64,000 nt of DNA, from assembly GCA_965219685.1 (NCBI GenBank), contig CBDCOH010000002.1, positions 3,712,001-3,776,000 on the forward strand. The letters are read 5' to 3'. Positions 19,723 to 28,576 of this stretch are shown piece after piece. The stretch comes from Candidatus Spongiisociaceae bacterium (lineage in GTDB: Bacteria; Actinomycetota; Acidimicrobiia; Spongiisociales; Spongiisociaceae). The notes below the pieces were generated by a model that was not told where the DNA came from, ran no database searches, and saw only the letters and a list, made by a program, of their open reading frames with translations. Made by a program: the position numbers and the translations under genes. How positions within the stretch are numbered: the first letter of the stretch is position 1; every line of letters starts with the position of its first letter.

Positions 19723-20199
19723 TTGATGGACTACAGGGTTGCGAACACGATCGAGTTGCTGAACCGTGCCACCACCGCCATCTGGTACGAGATGCCGGAG
19801 GAGGTGCGCCGCCTGCGTACCCGGAGGGGGACCAAGGGCTACGGCTGGCCGATGATCATCTGCGCCGAAGAGAACACGAGGGCCTTCGCCGACGACATGG
19901 CCGTGTTGCGGAACGCCGGGCGGGACGCCTCGCTCGACTTGGAGACCCTCAAGCAGTTGGTGCGGATGTTCTGCGAGGCCCAGATGGGCATCCTCCACAA
20001 CTGGTACGGGCTGGACGACAGCGTCGATCTGGTCCGCAGTTCGCTCGACGCACTGGATCACATAGAGACGCATGGGGAATACCTCGCTTACACCCACGAG
20101 TTGAGCGTGTACCTGGGACGCCTTCACTGGTGGGCCGACACCCTGGTGCCGTGGGACGACATAAGTGCCAGATACGCGGATATGGACCTAGACCGCTAG
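19723..20199 (+). CDS. Stand-alone cucumopine synthase C-terminal helical-bundle-like protein
   Basis: IWYEMPEEVRRL, AEENTRAF, DLETLK, YGL and YLGRLHWW...VPW match my recollection of the family pattern. Confidence 0.7.
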   Translation: MMDYRVANTIELLNRATTAIWYEMPEEVRRLRTRRGTKGYGWPMIICAEENTRAFADDMAVLRNAGRDASLDLETLKQLVRMFCEAQMGILHNWYGLDDSVDLVRSSLDALDHIETHGEYLAYTHELSVYLGRLHWWADTLVPWDDISARYADMDLDR

Positions 20200-20219
20200 A
20201 CAGGAATCGAGGAGGAACG

Positions 20220-21278
20220 GTGGCCGAACGCGACGGTAACTACAGGGTCGGATGCGTGGGGGCGGGCTTCGCGGCCTCGGTATACCACCTGCCCGTCCAG
20301 CAGCGGGTCGAAGGCGTGGAGACGGTGGCGATCGCCGATCTCAACATGGACCTGGCCCGGCAGCGGGCGGACGAGTTCGGGATCCCGGAGGTCTACGGTC
20401 CGTTCGAGGACATGATCGAACAGGCCGACCTGGACATCGTCTCCGTCTGCGTGCCGCCCTTCCTCCACCTGGCGGTCACCAAGGCGGCGGCTGCCGCCGG
20501 CGTTCATGTCATCTGCGAGAAGCCGATGGCTGCCAGCCCCGAGGAGGTGGCCGAACTGGTCCAGGTGGTGGAGGACAGCGGGATCAGGTTCATGATCGCC
20601 GAGAACTTCTGGTGGTATCCCGACCTGATCGACGCCAAGGCGCGGATCGACGCCGGGCTGATCGGCGACCTCTTCCATGTGCGGGTCGAGGAGTTCATCA
20701 ACGACATCGACCCCACCTACCGGCGGGACCAGGAACGGTTCCTCATGTACGAGCAGGACGTCCACTACGTCGACGTGATCCGGCACCTGGTCGACGACGA
20801 TGTCGTACGGGTCCACGCCATGACCCGCCAGATCGCCACCCAGCAACTAGCCGGTGAGAATTTCGCCATGATCACCATGGAGTTCGCCAACGGAGTGATC
20901 GCTCGCATCGACGAATGCTGGGTCTCCGCCCGTGGCGACCAGTACGTGATGAGGATACGCATCGACGGCACGCTCGGGTCGATCTTCATCAACCAGCCCG
21001 ACCATCCGTACAGGCTCTACACGGACAAGCCCGGTCTGGAGGGCTGGCACTATCCCCCGACCGACACCAAGCCACCGGGCGGGCACGATGTCGGCTATGC
21101 GGCCCCTTGGCCGGCCGACGAACTCAGGGAAGGCACCGTGGGCTGCTACATGGCCTTCCTCGATTACCTGGAAAACGGTGTTCCTCCGGTCACGGTGGCA
21201 TCCGACAACGCCAAGACGATGGAAGTCGTGTTCGCTGCCTACGAGTCGGCCGAGACCCAGCAGGTGATCCACCTGTGA
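20220..21278 (+). CDS. Gfo/Idh/MocA family oxidoreductase
   Basis: VGCVGAG, HVICEKPMA, HYVD; GTG start after GGAGG. Confidence 0.9.
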   Translation: MAERDGNYRVGCVGAGFAASVYHLPVQQRVEGVETVAIADLNMDLARQRADEFGIPEVYGPFEDMIEQADLDIVSVCVPPFLHLAVTKAAAAAGVHVICEKPMAASPEEVAELVQVVEDSGIRFMIAENFWWYPDLIDAKARIDAGLIGDLFHVRVEEFINDIDPTYRRDQERFLMYEQDVHYVDVIRHLVDDDVVRVHAMTRQIATQQLAGENFAMITMEFANGVIARIDECWVSARGDQYVMRIRIDGTLGSIFINQPDHPYRLYTDKPGLEGWHYPPTDTKPPGGHDVGYAAPWPADELREGTVGCYMAFLDYLENGVPPVTVASDNAKTMEVVFAAYESAETQQVIHL

Positions 21279-21333
21279 CAGTTGCGGCGGGACCCGCCTC
21301 ACCCGGTCGGCCGGACTAGACCCGGCACACCTG

Positions 21334-22149
21334 ATGTCCACGGCGTTACGGGACGGGCTCCTCGACTTCTTCCGCTCGGATGCATGGGCAGACGCCCAGG
21401 CTCTGCTCGATGATCCGGGGGTGAGCTTCTTCGAGGCGAAGGTCACCACCGTGGTCCACCCGCTCTCGCTCGAGTTCCTCTTCGTGGAGTACCTGGACCG
21501 TATAGGCCGCCGCGTGCGCAACGTCGGCCACGCGTTCGTCGGGGAATGGGGATGGATCAAGATCTACCCGGAGACCCGGCCGGTTCTCAACGTCGTGTGG
21601 CGCTACGACGATTCGGCGGTGATCGCCGCCCACCACGAGGACTTCCTGGACGTGTGGACCGACGAGGGGGAGCGCGACTACCTGGCTGATGTCGGGCCGA
21701 GAAGGGCCACAGCGGCGGACCGGGAGGGCATCCTCTCCTACATAGCGTCCGACCACTGGCAGCAGGTCCTGGACTGGTACGCCGACCACGAGACCGAGCA
21801 CTTCCACACCTACCTCCATACCGACCTGCACCCCCACGACCTGGCGCCATTCCTGATCGACAGCCTGGCGCAGCGTGGCTTCGAGTTGGGGGTGGCGCCC
21901 TTCTTCCTGGCCCGGCCCGATCTCGGGCTGATGTGGATCGGGCTGGCGCCGGACGGCATGACCTCCCAGGAGGTGGCCTGCATCCACACCCCAGGGGCGC
22001 TCATCGAGCCCAAGGAACTCACCGACCAGGACCGGGAGTACGGTGGCGATCCGTGGACCGTGGCCGACTTCCGCGCCCGCGTTGTCCAGGACCCGTACGA
22101 GGTTCTGACGCTCTCCGAGGCAAGGGCGATAGTCGATGAACTGCTCTGA
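21334..22149 (+). CDS. Hypothetical two-repeat protein (paralog of 8652-9461)
   Basis: Shares FFRSD.W, VHP..LEFLF, NVGHA.VG, EHFH.YL.TD.HP.DL, LARPD.G.MWIG, HTPGA..EP.ELT. Confidence 0.8.
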   Translation: MSTALRDGLLDFFRSDAWADAQALLDDPGVSFFEAKVTTVVHPLSLEFLFVEYLDRIGRRVRNVGHAFVGEWGWIKIYPETRPVLNVVWRYDDSAVIAAHHEDFLDVWTDEGERDYLADVGPRRATAADREGILSYIASDHWQQVLDWYADHETEHFHTYLHTDLHPHDLAPFLIDSLAQRGFELGVAPFFLARPDLGLMWIGLAPDGMTSQEVACIHTPGALIEPKELTDQDREYGGDPWTVADFRARVVQDPYEVLTLSEARAIVDELL

Positions 22150-22161
22150 GGTGAGGGCGCC

Positions 22162-23955
22162 ATGAGACGCTTCGTGACCACCGAGGACATCCGGGAGTTG
22201 GCCGAGGTCGGCGAGTTCGAGTTCATGATGCGGGAGGGGACGGTCCTGACCGATGCGGCCCTTGACGAGGCGCACCGCCTAGGCGTGCGTTTGGTGGAGG
22301 GATCCAGCTTGGCCGCTCCCCGGGCCGCCACCGGTGGCCGGCCCGCTTCCCGCCCGTCCCGGGTCGCGCCTCCGTCGCCCGCCCGCTCGTCGCGGGTCCC
22401 GGCCCGCGATGCTTCGCCGGCCCCGGGAACGAAAACGGCTACCTCTGCACAGCCTCGGTTCGAGGGACTTCCGGACCCCGCCCGGATGCACCCGAAGCTC
22501 CTGGTCGACGGTGAGTTCCGGGATGCCACCGGTGGGGCTACCAACCGTTCGGTCGATCCCGCCACGAGGGAGACCATCGTCCAGGTGGCGTCGGCAGCCC
22601 CCGACGACATCGACGCAGCGGTCCGGGCCGCCCGGCGGGCCTTCCGCGACTGGCGGGTACGCGACCCCGCCGAGCGCGCCGATCTCCTGCTCAAGGTCGC
22701 GGAACGGATCGAGCAGGAGCACGAGTTCCTGGCCAAGGTCGAGAGCCAGGATGTGGGGCGGCCGATAAGGGAGACCACCCTGATCGACCTTCCGGCATCC
22801 TGGGATCCCTTCCGGTTCTTCCAGGGCTTGGTGCGCGCCATCGACGGGAGGGTGCTGGCGCTGCCCCAGGACTCGCTCGACTACGTGCGCAAGGAGCCGA
22901 TGGGGGTCGTGGGCATGATCATCCCCTGGAACTTCCCCCTGCACATCGCCTGCCGCAAGTCGGCCGCAGCACTCGCGGCGGGGAACACCGTAGTTCTCAA
23001 GCCACCGGAGTTGGCGCCGCTGTCCTGCCTGGAGCTGGGGCGGATCTGCCTGGAGGCCGGCCTCCCACCCGGCGTATTCAACGTGGTGCCGGGCGCCGGC
23101 GAGGTGGCGGGACAGGCCCTGGTCGAGCACCGGGGGGTGGACAAGATCGCCTTCACGGGATCGACGGTGGTCGGCCGCTCCGTGATGCGCGGATCGGCGG
23201 CGACGATCAAGAGGGTGTCCCTCGAGTTGGGCGGCAAGTCACCGTCGATCGTCTTCGCGGACGCCGACTTGGACCGGGCGGTGAGCGGCGCCCTGTTCGG
23301 CATCTACCTCGCCCAGGGGCAGGTGTGCTCCGCCGGATCGAGGATCCTCGTGGAGCGGTCGATATACGACGACTTCGTGGAGCGCTTCGCGGCCAGGGCG
23401 GCGTCCATCCGGATCGGGCTGCCGTGGCGGTGGCGGACACAGCTCGGCCCGCTGGTGAACGAGCGCCAGATGGAGCGGGTCTACGAGTACGTGGACATAG
23501 GCAGGGCCGAGGGGGCGACCGTGTTGGGGGGCGGTACTCCGCCCGACGACCCCGAACTCGCCCGGGGTAACTTCATCAGGCCCACTGCCTTCGTTAACGT
23601 CGAGCCCGGGTTCCGCATCGCGCAGGAGGAGATCTTCGGTCCGGTCGTGGTCGTCATGCCGTTCAGCGGTGAGGAGGAGGCTGTCCGGCTTGCCAACGAC
23701 GTCCGCTACGGTTTGGCGGCCGGAATCTGGACCACCGATGTCGGTAGGGCGCATAGAGTGGCCCGGGACCTGGAGGCCGGCTCCATCTGGGTAAACCACT
23801 TCGGTGTCTACCCCAGCGAGGCGCCCTTCGGTGGCTACAAGGAGAGCGGCACTGGCCACGACCTGGGCCTGGAGTCGCTGCACGAGTACATGGAGACAAA
23901 GAACGTGCACGTCAACATCGGGCGTGGATTCAACGACTGGTACGAGGACAACTGA
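22162..23955 (+). CDS. NAD(P)+-dependent non-acylating aldehyde dehydrogenase with an N-terminal EutQ/EutT-like module and a P/A/S/R-rich linker
   Basis: IIPWNFP, FTGST, LELGGKS, GQVCSAGSR, EEIFGPV, PFGGYKESG; about 100 extra N-terminal residues. Confidence 0.92.
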   Translation: MRRFVTTEDIRELAEVGEFEFMMREGTVLTDAALDEAHRLGVRLVEGSSLAAPRAATGGRPASRPSRVAPPSPARSSRVPARDASPAPGTKTATSAQPRFEGLPDPARMHPKLLVDGEFRDATGGATNRSVDPATRETIVQVASAAPDDIDAAVRAARRAFRDWRVRDPAERADLLLKVAERIEQEHEFLAKVESQDVGRPIRETTLIDLPASWDPFRFFQGLVRAIDGRVLALPQDSLDYVRKEPMGVVGMIIPWNFPLHIACRKSAAALAAGNTVVLKPPELAPLSCLELGRICLEAGLPPGVFNVVPGAGEVAGQALVEHRGVDKIAFTGSTVVGRSVMRGSAATIKRVSLELGGKSPSIVFADADLDRAVSGALFGIYLAQGQVCSAGSRILVERSIYDDFVERFAARAASIRIGLPWRWRTQLGPLVNERQMERVYEYVDIGRAEGATVLGGGTPPDDPELARGNFIRPTAFVNVEPGFRIAQEEIFGPVVVVMPFSGEEEAVRLANDVRYGLAAGIWTTDVGRAHRVARDLEAGSIWVNHFGVYPSEAPFGGYKESGTGHDLGLESLHEYMETKNVHVNIGRGFNDWYEDN

Positions 23956-23971
23956 CCGGGAGGTTCGGATC

Positions 23972-24250
23972 ATGGAAGGTGCTCTTGGGTTGATCGAGAC
24001 CCGCGGGCTGGTAGGCGCCATAGAGGCGTCCGACGCGATGGCCAAGGCTGCCCGCGTCGAGATCATCGGCCGCGACGTGATCGGAGGCGGTTACGTCACG
24101 GTCATGGTGCAGGGCGAGGTCGGCGCGGTGAAGTCGGCGGTGGACGTCGGCGCATCGGCTGCCAAGAAGGTGGGGGATCTCGTCGCAGCCCATCTGATTC
24201 CCAAGCCCCATGAGGACTTGGGGAAGGTGAGCGCTCTGCTCGACGGCTGA
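23972..24250 (+). CDS. BMC-H hexamer shell protein (EutM/PduA-like)
   Basis: ALGLIETRGLVGAIEASDAMAKAARV...GGGYVTVMVQGEVGAVKSAV...HLIPKPH. Confidence 0.96.
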   Translation: MEGALGLIETRGLVGAIEASDAMAKAARVEIIGRDVIGGGYVTVMVQGEVGAVKSAVDVGASAAKKVGDLVAAHLIPKPHEDLGKVSALLDG

Positions 24251-24328
24251 CCCCAAGGACTTGCCCGACCGGAATGCGGGGCTGGGCAGCCGGGAGGCAG
24301 TGGGCAGAGCGAGAGCGAGGAGACATAG

Positions 24329-24595
24329 ATGTTGTTGTGCCGTGTTACGGGAAGCACCGTCGCGACGGTGCGCGCCGGCGGTGTGGGAGGCACCAGGCTG
24401 CTGGTCGTGCGGCCGGAGGGCGGCGACCCCGCCTCGTCATTCGTGGCGGTGGACGTCGTAGGAGCCGGATCCGGCGACCTGGTGCTGGTCGCCCAGGGGA
24501 GCGCGGCGAGGATCCCCGACGCCGCCGCGTCGGTACCGACCGATGCGACCGTCGTCGGCATCGTCGACGAAGCAAGCCACGACCCGGGAGGCTGA
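24329..24595 (+). CDS. BMC-P pentamer vertex protein (EutN/CcmL-like)
   Basis: RVTGSTVATV...LLVV...VAVDVVGAGSGDLVLVAQGSAAR...DATVVGIVD. Confidence 0.95.
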   Translation: MLLCRVTGSTVATVRAGGVGGTRLLVVRPEGGDPASSFVAVDVVGAGSGDLVLVAQGSAARIPDAAASVPTDATVVGIVDEASHDPGG

Positions 24596-24596
24596 G

Positions 24597-25226
24597 GTGA
24601 CGAGTCCAGGGCAATCGGGTGGCGGGAGCGGCAACGCCCTGCGCGCCTATGTGTACGTCGACAAGATGCAGCCGACCTGGGCGGCCTATGTGGGAAGGGA
24701 CGACCGGGGAGGCTCCTCATTGGAGGGGATGGCCCAGCTCTACGTGGAGGTGGCGCCGGCCACGCTGGTGTTCTCCCTGGCCAACGCCGCGCTGAAGAGC
24801 ACAGAGACTGCTTCCTCGTTGCTGGTTGCCGAGCGTCGGTACGGGACGCTCGAGCTCCATTCGGCCAACCCCGACGCGGTCCGCCAGGCCGGAACGATCA
24901 TCCTGGCGATGATCGGCAGCTCCTCGGCGCCTGGTATAGCGCCCTCGTCGGTGACCACCCGCATCGTCAACAACGTGACCGGAACCGAGGCCGGCCTGGT
25001 GAACCGGATGGGGGTCCGAGGCCGGCTCAGGAAAGGCGACGCCATGCTGGTCGTGGAGACGGAGCCCGCCGCCTACGTGGCCCTGGCCGCCAACGAGGTG
25101 GAGAAGCACACCTCGCTTCGCATGATCCTCGTACGGCTCCACGGGGCCAGCGGCCGCCTGATCCTCGCCGGGAGCGAAGCCGAGGTGGAGATAGGGCACC
25201 AGGTGGCCCTCGAGGCTCTCGGGTAG
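24597..25226 (+). CDS. BMC-T tandem-domain shell protein (CcmP/CsoS1D-like)
   Basis: LRAYVYVDKMQP, LYVEVAP, ERRYGTLELHS, ETEPAAY..LAANEVEK, GASGRLILAG. Confidence 0.9.
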   Translation: MTSPGQSGGGSGNALRAYVYVDKMQPTWAAYVGRDDRGGSSLEGMAQLYVEVAPATLVFSLANAALKSTETASSLLVAERRYGTLELHSANPDAVRQAGTIILAMIGSSSAPGIAPSSVTTRIVNNVTGTEAGLVNRMGVRGRLRKGDAMLVVETEPAAYVALAANEVEKHTSLRMILVRLHGASGRLILAGSEAEVEIGHQVALEALG

Positions 25227-25237
25227 GGGGAGGAGTC

Positions 25238-25780
25238 GTGCGCCAGATACTTACCACCGATGACATCCGGGCGGCAGTCCGCCGCGGCAAGACCGAGTTG
25301 GTGGTGGAGCCACCTACCGTGATCACCGCGGCCGCTCGGGACGAGGCCAACCTTGCCGGACTCCGGATCATCGAAGGACCCAAGGAACGCAGCTCAGACA
25401 TTGTCATCAAGGTGGCCGGCGAGCGGATCCGGGCCACCTTGCTCCTCGACGAAGCGCCTGTCACCGCGTCCGCCATCCGCGACCTGCTCCCCCTGTCGGG
25501 CACCGTCAACCATGCCCGCCTGGCCGGTGACGAGCTCATGTTCCCGATCCGCACCTACCTGGGTGCCGAGAACCAGTCCAAGGCACAGACGGCCGGCAAT
25601 ATCGCCTACTGGCCCGACCGGATGATCATCGCCATGTTCTACGGAGACACCGGAGGCGTGGGACTCACCAACGTCTTCGCCCAGGTGGTGCCCGAGGACA
25701 TGGACGCCTTCCGCCGGGCCGGCGACTTCGTCTGGAAGAACCAGGGCGTGGAGCTCCTGATAGAGCGTCACCGGGGTTAG
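25238..25780 (+). CDS. EutQ/EutT-like N-terminal module fused to a cyclophilin-like (DUF3830 / McbB N-domain-like) domain
   Basis: ILTTDDIR...TVITAAARDEA, then APVTASAI..LLPL..TVNHARLAGDEL, GNIAYWP, FYG, VVPEDMDAFRRAG. Confidence 0.75.
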   Translation: MRQILTTDDIRAAVRRGKTELVVEPPTVITAAARDEANLAGLRIIEGPKERSSDIVIKVAGERIRATLLLDEAPVTASAIRDLLPLSGTVNHARLAGDELMFPIRTYLGAENQSKAQTAGNIAYWPDRMIIAMFYGDTGGVGLTNVFAQVVPEDMDAFRRAGDFVWKNQGVELLIERHRG

Positions 25781-26030
25781 CGCCCTCATGGTCCGGTCGG
25801 CGCGCCTAAAACCGCCGGATGCCGATCCGGTCATGCGCAGAGTGAAGACCGGATGATGTCGACGGCGTATGGGCACTTCTATCCCGAAGACGGGATGCGG
25901 AACGAGTGCTACCGCCCCTTCCCGGCTGGGAAAACGAACGGCTGGATCGCGCTCACCATGGTGGCGGGCTCAACCGTCCTCGAGGAGCCCCGGGTGATGT
26001 CCTCGACGTGAAGCCAGGACTGGAGGGATC

Positions 26031-28481
26031 GTGAGGTCGCAGTACCGGGTGGTGGTGATCGGGGGCGGCGTGGTCGGTGCCAGTGTTCTGTATCACTTGG
26101 CGAAGCTGGGTTGGAGCGACGCGGCCATTGTGGAGCGCGAGGTGTTGACGGCCGGGTCGAGCTGGCACGCCGCCGGCGGTGTGCACACTCTCAACGCCGA
26201 TCCGAACATCGCGGCTCTGCAGGCGTACACGATCGATCTGCTATCGGAGATCGGGGAGGAGTCGGGCCTCGACGTGGGGATGCATATGACGGGTGGCATC
26301 TCGGTCGCTTCGGTGCCGGAGAGGTGGGAGTGGTTGCAGGCGGCGTATCGGGTGTTCCAGACGATGGGTATCGAGGACGTGCGGCTGATCGGTCCGGATG
26401 AGATCGAGGAGCGGTGTCCGATCATGAACGTCGCTGATGTGCTTGGGGGTCTGTGGGCGGATCGTGAGGGCTATATCGATCCGTCGGCGGTGGTCCATGC
26501 CTACGCCAAGGCTGCCCGGTTGCGTGGCGGCGAGGTGATCGAACACAACCGGGTGGTCGAGTTGCACCCACGCCGTGACGGGTCGTGGAAGGTGGTGACC
26601 GAGTTGGGAACCATCGTCGCGGAGCACGTTGTGAACGCCGCCGGGCTATGGGCCAAGCAGGTGGGGCGGATGGCGCGGCTGGAGCTTCCCGTCTCCCCGA
26701 TGCAGCATCACTATCTGGTCACCGAGGCGATCCCCGAACTCGCGGCGCTCAACTTCGAGGTGCCGATGATGATCGACCTGGAGGGGTACACCTACATGCG
26801 GCAGGAGCTCCATGGGGTGCTGGTCGGGATCTACGAGCGCGATTACCGGCACTGGAACATGGATGGTGCGCCGTGGGACTACGGCTTGGAGCTGATCCCA
26901 CCGGACGTGGATCGGATCTCGGGCGAGCTGTCGTTTGCGATGTCCCGCTACCCGGTCCTCGAGCGCACCGGTATCAGCCGCTGGGTGAACGGGGCGTTCA
27001 CGTTCTCACCGGACGGCAACCCCCTGGTGGGTCCGGTGCCCGGGTTGCGCAACTACTGGTCGGCGTGTGCGGTGATGGCCGGTTTCCTCCAGGGTGGCGG
27101 CGTGGGCAAGTCGCTGGCGGAGTGGATGATCGAAGGGGAGCCGGAGGAGGACATCTTCGCGATGGACGTGGCCCGTTTCGGGTCCTTCGCCCAGAATCGT
27201 GAGTACATCCGCCAGATGACCGGTCAGTTCTACTCGCGCCGGTTTGTGATCACCTACCCGAACGAGCAGCTGTGGGCGGGCCGTCCGCTGCGGATGGCCC
27301 CAGCGTACGATGCGATGACCGCGGCGGGGGCGCAATGGGGGTGCTCGTACGGTCTCGAGGTCCCGATCTACTTCGCCCCCAAGGGCTTCGTGGAGGTGCC
27401 GACGTTGCGCCGCTCCAACGCGTTCGACATCGTCGGCGAAGAGTGCCGGCGGGTGCGTTCCGGTGTGGGGATCCTCGACATTGCCGGGTTCTCCCGGTAC
27501 GAGGTCGCCGGTCCCGGCGCCGCGGCGTGGCTCGACCGGCTCTTCGCCGGCGCGCTGCCCGCACCGGGGCGGATCAAGCTGGCCCCGATGCTGGGCCACG
27601 ACGGCCGGCTCAAGGGAGACCTGACGTTGTTCAACTGGGGGGACGGCACCTGGTGGATCGTGGGCTCGTACTACCTGCGGGCCTGGCACATGCGCTGGTT
27701 CAACGACCACCTCGGCGACGGGGTGACGGTGCGTGATATCTCCGATGCAGTCGTCGGCTTCTCGCTCTCCGGGCCGGGTTCTCGCGAGCTGTTGCAACGG
27801 GTCACGCCGGATGACGTCTCAGCGGATGGCATGCGTTTCATGGCGTGTCGCCAGTTCGACATCGGTATGATCCGCGCCCGGGTGGGCCGGATCTCGGTCA
27901 CCGGAGAGCTCGGATACGAGATCCACTGCCCGGCCGCCGAGCACATCGCCCTGCGCCGCCTCCTTCTCGAGGCCGCCGACGGTCTCGATGCGATCGAGTA
28001 CGGCTACAACGCGCTGCTCTCGCTCAGGATCGAGAAGAGCTTCGGCGTCTGGTCGACCGAATTCCGCCAGGAGTACACCCCGGCCATGACCGGGTTGGAC
28101 CGATGGATCGACTGGTCCAAGGACGACTTCATCGGCTCGGGGGCGGCTCGCAGGGAGCGGGACAACGACAGCGCTACCAGGAGGCTGGTCACCCTCGAGG
28201 TGGACGCCACCGACGCGGACGCCACCGGGTACGAGCCGGTGTGGAACGGCCACCGACGGGTCGGCTACATCACCTCGGGCGACTACGGCCACACCACCGA
28301 CAAGAGCCTCGCCATGGCCCTCATTGACCGGGAACACACCGCAGAAGGAACCGAACTCACAACCCACATCGTCGGTGTCGAACGCCCAGTCCGAATAATC
28401 GCCGCCTCACCCTACGACCCGAACGGCACGGCGATGCGAACCGGCGTCCCGGCCGGCCCGGTCGGTCGGGCAAAGCCATGA
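26031..28481 (+). CDS. FAD-dependent dimethylglycine/sarcosine dehydrogenase-like protein (GcvT family)
   Basis: GGGVVG, GSSWHAAG, FSPDGNPLVGP, TGELGYEI, SLRIEK. Confidence 0.92.
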   Translation: MRSQYRVVVIGGGVVGASVLYHLAKLGWSDAAIVEREVLTAGSSWHAAGGVHTLNADPNIAALQAYTIDLLSEIGEESGLDVGMHMTGGISVASVPERWEWLQAAYRVFQTMGIEDVRLIGPDEIEERCPIMNVADVLGGLWADREGYIDPSAVVHAYAKAARLRGGEVIEHNRVVELHPRRDGSWKVVTELGTIVAEHVVNAAGLWAKQVGRMARLELPVSPMQHHYLVTEAIPELAALNFEVPMMIDLEGYTYMRQELHGVLVGIYERDYRHWNMDGAPWDYGLELIPPDVDRISGELSFAMSRYPVLERTGISRWVNGAFTFSPDGNPLVGPVPGLRNYWSACAVMAGFLQGGGVGKSLAEWMIEGEPEEDIFAMDVARFGSFAQNREYIRQMTGQFYSRRFVITYPNEQLWAGRPLRMAPAYDAMTAAGAQWGCSYGLEVPIYFAPKGFVEVPTLRRSNAFDIVGEECRRVRSGVGILDIAGFSRYEVAGPGAAAWLDRLFAGALPAPGRIKLAPMLGHDGRLKGDLTLFNWGDGTWWIVGSYYLRAWHMRWFNDHLGDGVTVRDISDAVVGFSLSGPGSRELLQRVTPDDVSADGMRFMACRQFDIGMIRARVGRISVTGELGYEIHCPAAEHIALRRLLLEAADGLDAIEYGYNALLSLRIEKSFGVWSTEFRQEYTPAMTGLDRWIDWSKDDFIGSGAARRERDNDSATRRLVTLEVDATDADATGYEPVWNGHRRVGYITSGDYGHTTDKSLAMALIDREHTAEGTELTTHIVGVERPVRIIAASPYDPNGTAMRTGVPAGPVGRAKP

Positions 28482-28576
28482 CACCGGAATCAGCGCAGCA
28501 ATAACTCGCTGATGCTCGGCTACGACCTCAGTAGTGAGTCAAATCCGTTGACATGCCTGGAAATGGGCCTGGTCGC

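Noticed and set aside
23972-25226. Calling the shell genes an eut, pdu or carboxysome locus
   Set aside because: No ethanolamine ammonia-lyase, diol dehydratase, glycyl-radical enzyme, PduL or RuBisCO gene in the window.
26031-28481. GcvT-family dehydrogenase as part of the BMC operon
   Set aside because: Separated by 250 bp and lacks the N-terminal module; a link through formaldehyde release is conceivable but unsupported.
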